From an uncultured virus (IMG/VR IMGVR_UViG_3300042448_001291) (taxonomy: Duplodnaviria; Heunggongvirae; Uroviricota; Caudoviricetes), in the IMG/VR virus record IMGVR_UViG_3300042448_001291: a stretch of 20,000 nt of DNA; one strand, 5' to 3'. Positions 16,829-20,000 of the stretch are shown piece after piece. Below the pieces are notes generated by a model that was not told the DNA's origin, did no database searches, and saw nothing but the letters and a program-made list of their open reading frames with translations. A program made the position numbers and the translations under genes. Within the stretch, counting starts at the first letter, position 1. Every line of letters begins with the position of its first letter.

Positions 16829-17370
16829 CGGTCTCTCTTTTGTAATGTTGGTTTATCTGTTGGCCATTCCATTTGATACTCTGGATCATTCCATTTAACA
16901 ACGCCTTGCTCGTTTGCGTCCACGTAACCGTCTTTATAAAATAGGTTGTAATGAAACATACAATCTGTTAATGCATAGTGTCCGTTTGCAAATCCTGGAG
17001 GTACTAGTACTTGATTTCTGTCCTTTTCTGTTATCATAAAGGATTCCCATTCACCATATGTTTCAGATTGTGATCTCATGTCTAAAACAACTAAGTATAT
17101 ATCCCCCACTGCTGCTTGAACTAATTTCCAGGTCTTATTGTCATAATGTAAACCTCTTAACACTCCTTTGTATGATTTTGAAAATCTACCATGTATACTA
17201 ATTTCGCTTTTTTCATAATGAATATGTCTCATTACTGGATGTTCTTCACTATGAAAAGTGGTGAATATTTCGCCTCTGTATTCACGATAAATTGAAGGGC
17301 TAAAAATTGGCACCTGAAAACCGAATTTTTTTGATGGTGTTTCAATAAACTCATCCCATTTATTATTCAT
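16825..17370 (-). CDS. rmlC: dTDP-4-dehydrorhamnose 3,5-epimerase family protein
   Basis: YRG..F, S.KGVLRGLHY, KLV...G.IY.V.LDMR..S.TYG.W, VPPGFANG, WNDP...WP. Confidence 0.9.
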   Translation of the reverse strand: MNNKWDEFIETPSKKFGFQVPIFSPSIYREYRGEIFTTFHSEEHPVMRHIHYEKSEISIHGRFSKSYKGVLRGLHYDNKTWKLVQAAVGDIYLVVLDMRSQSETYGEWESFMITEKDRNQVLVPPGFANGHYALTDCMFHYNLFYKDGYVDANEQGVVKWNDPEYQMEWPTDKPTLQKRDR

Positions 17371-17371
17371 A

Positions 17372-18340
17372 TTAAAAATTTTGTGCGTAACCTAAAGGAA
17401 AACCGTTTCTAAACTCAGATGTCATTCTAGGAATTAAAACCTGGTATGTTTTCATTAGTTCTTTTATACCGTCGTCTAACGACCACTTTGGTACCCATCC
17501 AGTTTTTTCGATTTTTTCATTCGATACAATATAATCTCTTTTATCTGGGTCTTCATAAAAATCTGAATAGGTTATGGCAAAATCAGGTATAAATTGTTTT
17601 ATTTTTTCTAACAATTCTTGTTTTGATAAATTTGCGTCACTTAACCCGACATTGTATACATTACTATTCATTGTAGAATAATTCTCTAAAGAAAAAGCAA
17701 ATACATTTGCAACATCTTGAATATGTATAAAATTTCTTTTAAAGTTTTTCTCAAATACGGTTATGTACTTGTCTGTCATCGCTTTGTATACAAATTCATT
17801 TACCAATAAATCTGTTCTCATTCTAGGTGACGATCCAAACACAGTGGCTAACCTAAAACATACCGCATTAGTATGTTCTAATAAAATTCTTTCTGATTCA
17901 CATTTACTTTCGCCATAAACAGATATTGGATTTAATGGTGATTCTTCGGTGCAAAATTTATCATCTTTACCAATACCATACCCACTATTTGTGTTTGGGT
18001 ATAATATCATTTGTTCTTTAGATATAATATTAAGTATATTTTTAATTTGAGTATGATTAACTTCCCAGGATAATTTTGGGTCTGCTTTACATGCTGGGAA
18101 TCCAACAATTGCCGCTAACGGAATTATAACATCATGTAACTCAACTTGTTGTTTTAATAAATTTTCATTTCTAACGTCACCATAGATAAAGTTATATTTT
18201 GGATTATAGGTGAATTGAAGTGGGGATAATTGTTTAAATAACAAACTATCAATAACGGTTACACTGTGACCAAGATCTAGAAATTTTTTAGTGATTACAG
18301 AACCCAGGTATCCAGCACCGCCGGTAATAAGTATTTTCAT
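17372..18340 (-). CDS. NAD-dependent epimerase/dehydratase (extended SDR)
   Basis: TGGAGYLG, LAAIVG.PAC, YGESK (YxxxK), FRLATVFG.SPRMR.DLLVN, RNFIHIQD. Confidence 0.92.
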   Translation of the reverse strand: MKILITGGAGYLGSVITKKFLDLGHSVTVIDSLLFKQLSPLQFTYNPKYNFIYGDVRNENLLKQQVELHDVIIPLAAIVGFPACKADPKLSWEVNHTQIKNILNIISKEQMILYPNTNSGYGIGKDDKFCTEESPLNPISVYGESKCESERILLEHTNAVCFRLATVFGSSPRMRTDLLVNEFVYKAMTDKYITVFEKNFKRNFIHIQDVANVFAFSLENYSTMNSNVYNVGLSDANLSKQELLEKIKQFIPDFAITYSDFYEDPDKRDYIVSNEKIEKTGWVPKWSLDDGIKELMKTYQVLIPRMTSEFRNGFPLGYAQNF

Positions 18341-18368
18341 AGTATTAATATAAGGAAAATTATGTAAA
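18341..18368 (-). promoter_or_regulatory. Putative promoter TTTACA-N10-TATATT-AATACT-ATG
   Basis: Lies between the terminator and ATG 18340 and mirrors the 11132-11160 element. Confidence 0.5.
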
Positions 18369-18372
18369 AAAC

Positions 18373-18401
18373 AAACCCCCGGGATAGAAATCAGGGGGTT
18401 T
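18373..18401 (-). terminator. Rho-independent terminator, possibly bidirectional
   Basis: AAACCCCC...GAT-AGAA-ATC...GGGGGTTT stem flanked by A and T tracts, downstream of the RNA ligase operon. Confidence 0.82.
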
Positions 18402-18405
18402 TCTT

Positions 18406-18436
18406 TGGCAAGAAACTAAATGTATCTCTACATTAA
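18406..18436 (+). repeat. Dispersed intergenic repeat, copy 2
   Basis: TGGCAAGAAACTAAATGTATCTCTACATTAA, matches 1102-1136. Confidence 0.65.
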
Positions 18437-18453
18437 TCTAATATAGTTAAAAA

Positions 18454-18792
18454 TTACTTCTTTTCAAAGGCCTCGTATAAACTTTTTATCTCAGCACATT
18501 TTTCATATTCTTCTAAATCTTCATAATATGGTAAAATTTGATCCATTAAAATATCATATTCATCTTTTTTAAATATAAATTCGGTATCCCAAGATAGCGG
18601 GCCAATATCGGTAGAAACTAGTAACATTAAACTACGTTTTCTACTGTTTTTTAACTCATTATATATCTCTAACACCCCTTCATAAATTTGACCTTTATTT
18701 GTATCATAAAGTTGTTTAAAGTCCTTGTATTTCTTTTTTTCGATCTGTACCGTAATAAATGGTACTTTACCTCTGGTTCGTTTACTGGTCAT
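18454..18792 (-). CDS. Hypothetical protein with UVR-like C-terminal hairpin
   Basis: C-terminus YEDLEEYEKCAEIKSL fits the E.YE.AA.IRD UVR-type motif. Overlaps the ligase stop. Confidence 0.7.
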   Translation of the reverse strand: MTSKRTRGKVPFITVQIEKKKYKDFKQLYDTNKGQIYEGVLEIYNELKNSRKRSLMLLVSTDIGPLSWDTEFIFKKDEYDILMDQILPYYEDLEEYEKCAEIKSLYEAFEKK

Positions 18793-19810
18793 TTTTAAAG
18801 GGTTTTGAGTATGATGGGTATATTGAGTTCCAAATCATCTCATTTAATTGATTTGAATATGAATCTAATCTTTTAAATAAGAATGACCTGTTTGGGTTAT
18901 CTTTTATTTTTTCCGCATATTCTTTTTTGTTTATTAATTCTTTAAATTCATCCTCAACGCAAAGTTTAATGTTATCAAACTGATTCTGTAAATCTCTTAT
19001 CGTTTCTTTAACCCAATCATTGAATTCATCAGGTACTTTCTCAAGTAGTTCGTCAAACGATTTATTGTTTTTCAAATATTCCCAAATATCTCTGTTTGAA
19101 ATGTTTGTTAGAATGCGGTGCAATCTAACGTATTCGTCTCCTTTGATTTTCATACGAAAACCATTTTTAAAACGAAGCACATATCCTTCTCTATCTTTTT
19201 GTATTTCTTCTTTTAATAAATCGTATCCCTCACCCCAAGTTTTATATGTTGTAACAACCTCAAATCCAGAATCTTGTGTCCAAAACAAACTACTATCGGG
19301 TATTTCTTCGCCTGTTTCGGTATGAATAGCACCAAGAACAACTAATTTTTCTTCATCACCATAATCCACCACTATACGATTCTCAGGGTAAATGATTTCA
19401 AACAAATATGTGTTGTCTTTTCTCCATGCACTTATATCGTGTCTATCAAGAATTTCTTTTCCTTTAAATGCCTGTGGTGATGTGAATGAACCGCGTGTTG
19501 CTAATATCCATTCATTTTCATAATAAAAAAGAATACCTAATGAACCGTCCATCTTTTCATAGGCAACATAATCTTCATTTGGAATATCTTCTGGTTTATG
19601 TTCTTCGTAATTAAAAAATTTCTTAAATGGTCTTGCAACAATTTCACCTTTGGAGTTAGTAACTAATCCGCGACATTGCAAAGTGATATCATCCCACAAT
19701 TTATCGTATTGAACTTTTGGGGTATAATTCCAAATAGTTAAGTCGAAAATTGGGTGGGTTTGTTTATGTAACAAACCATCTTGGTGATATTTTTCTAAAA
19801 TTTTTAACAT
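18782..19810 (-). CDS. T4 Rnl1/RnlA-family RNA ligase
   Basis: QCRGLV, RPFKKFFN, motif I EKMDGSLG, ATRGSF, FEII, EGYV, KIK...Y..LH. Start set at ATG 19810 (MLKILEK) because of the TAATG overlap with the upstream ORF. Confidence 0.92.
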   Translation of the reverse strand: MLKILEKYHQDGLLHKQTHPIFDLTIWNYTPKVQYDKLWDDITLQCRGLVTNSKGEIVARPFKKFFNYEEHKPEDIPNEDYVAYEKMDGSLGILFYYENEWILATRGSFTSPQAFKGKEILDRHDISAWRKDNTYLFEIIYPENRIVVDYGDEEKLVVLGAIHTETGEEIPDSSLFWTQDSGFEVVTTYKTWGEGYDLLKEEIQKDREGYVLRFKNGFRMKIKGDEYVRLHRILTNISNRDIWEYLKNNKSFDELLEKVPDEFNDWVKETIRDLQNQFDNIKLCVEDEFKELINKKEYAEKIKDNPNRSFLFKRLDSYSNQLNEMIWNSIYPSYSKPFKNDQ

Positions 19811-19989
19811 TATTTTATACGTCGGTATATGCCAGTAATAACTGACCATTTAAACCAAGTGAGGGACAAATATAAACCAACAAATCCATTTGCAAAAGAT
19901 TTTGGTGAATGAGTTTCCAAATAAATGTCAATTGTTGGTAACAAGTGAAAAGACCATTGATGTGTTTGTGCGTTAAAAAATGTTTTCAT
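19810..19989 (-). CDS. Small hypothetical protein, 59 aa (not in ORF track)
   Basis: MKTFFNAQTHQWSFHLLPTIDIYLETHSPKSFANGFVGLYLSLTWFKWSVITGIYRRIK*. Its stop overlaps the ligase ATG. Confidence 0.65.
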   Translation of the reverse strand: MKTFFNAQTHQWSFHLLPTIDIYLETHSPKSFANGFVGLYLSLTWFKWSVITGIYRRIK

Positions 19990-20000
19990 TTTGGGTCTTG

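Noticed and set aside
1403..19325. Short antisense or nested ORFs (1403, 3903, 4790, 5892, 7014, 7840, 9939, 11914, 15535, 16134, 19020)
   Set aside because: All lie wholly or mostly inside better-supported genes and have no recognisable motifs.
19811..19849. Longer start for the RNA ligase
   Set aside because: Lies within the upstream 59-aa ORF; the TAATG coupling supports 19810.
684..19989. No accepted gene ends in TAG, raising possible stop-codon recoding
   Set aside because: Genes are full length in the standard code with no TAG-interrupted domains; TAA bias is expected in AT-rich DNA.

Overview
AT-rich, densely coding window, standard genetic code. It most likely comes from a large lytic phage of a Bacteroidota-type host. 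This is inferred from a T4 Rnl1-type RNA ligase, TATTTAT(A) motifs before operons, A-rich starts without Shine-Dalgarno sequences, and the absence of housekeeping genes; no virion gene is present to prove it. Four blocks: (1) a partial PhyH-family Fe/2OG dioxygenase with an atypical H-Q-N motif, divergent from a hypothetical gene; (2) a ~10 kb + strand cluster (1188-11137) made up entirely of predicted envelope proteins: one clear and one possible CsgG-like protein, two secreted dockerin/cohesin-like proteins (one with C-type lectin and LCCL domains), two lipoproteins resembling stand-alone T9SS C-terminal domains, four small membrane proteins and two outer-membrane beta-barrel-like proteins; (3) two convergent glycan-modification operons (split HldE kinase and nucleotidyltransferase, cupin; SDR epimerase, RmlC, three SGNH-like proteins, a glycosyltransferase-like protein) that share an upstream TATATTAATAC motif; (4) an RNA ligase with small hypothetical genes. 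The envelope cluster is the best candidate for an undescribed system, a possible surface adhesin/scaffold export apparatus. All family calls are from motif recognition by eye, not database searches.
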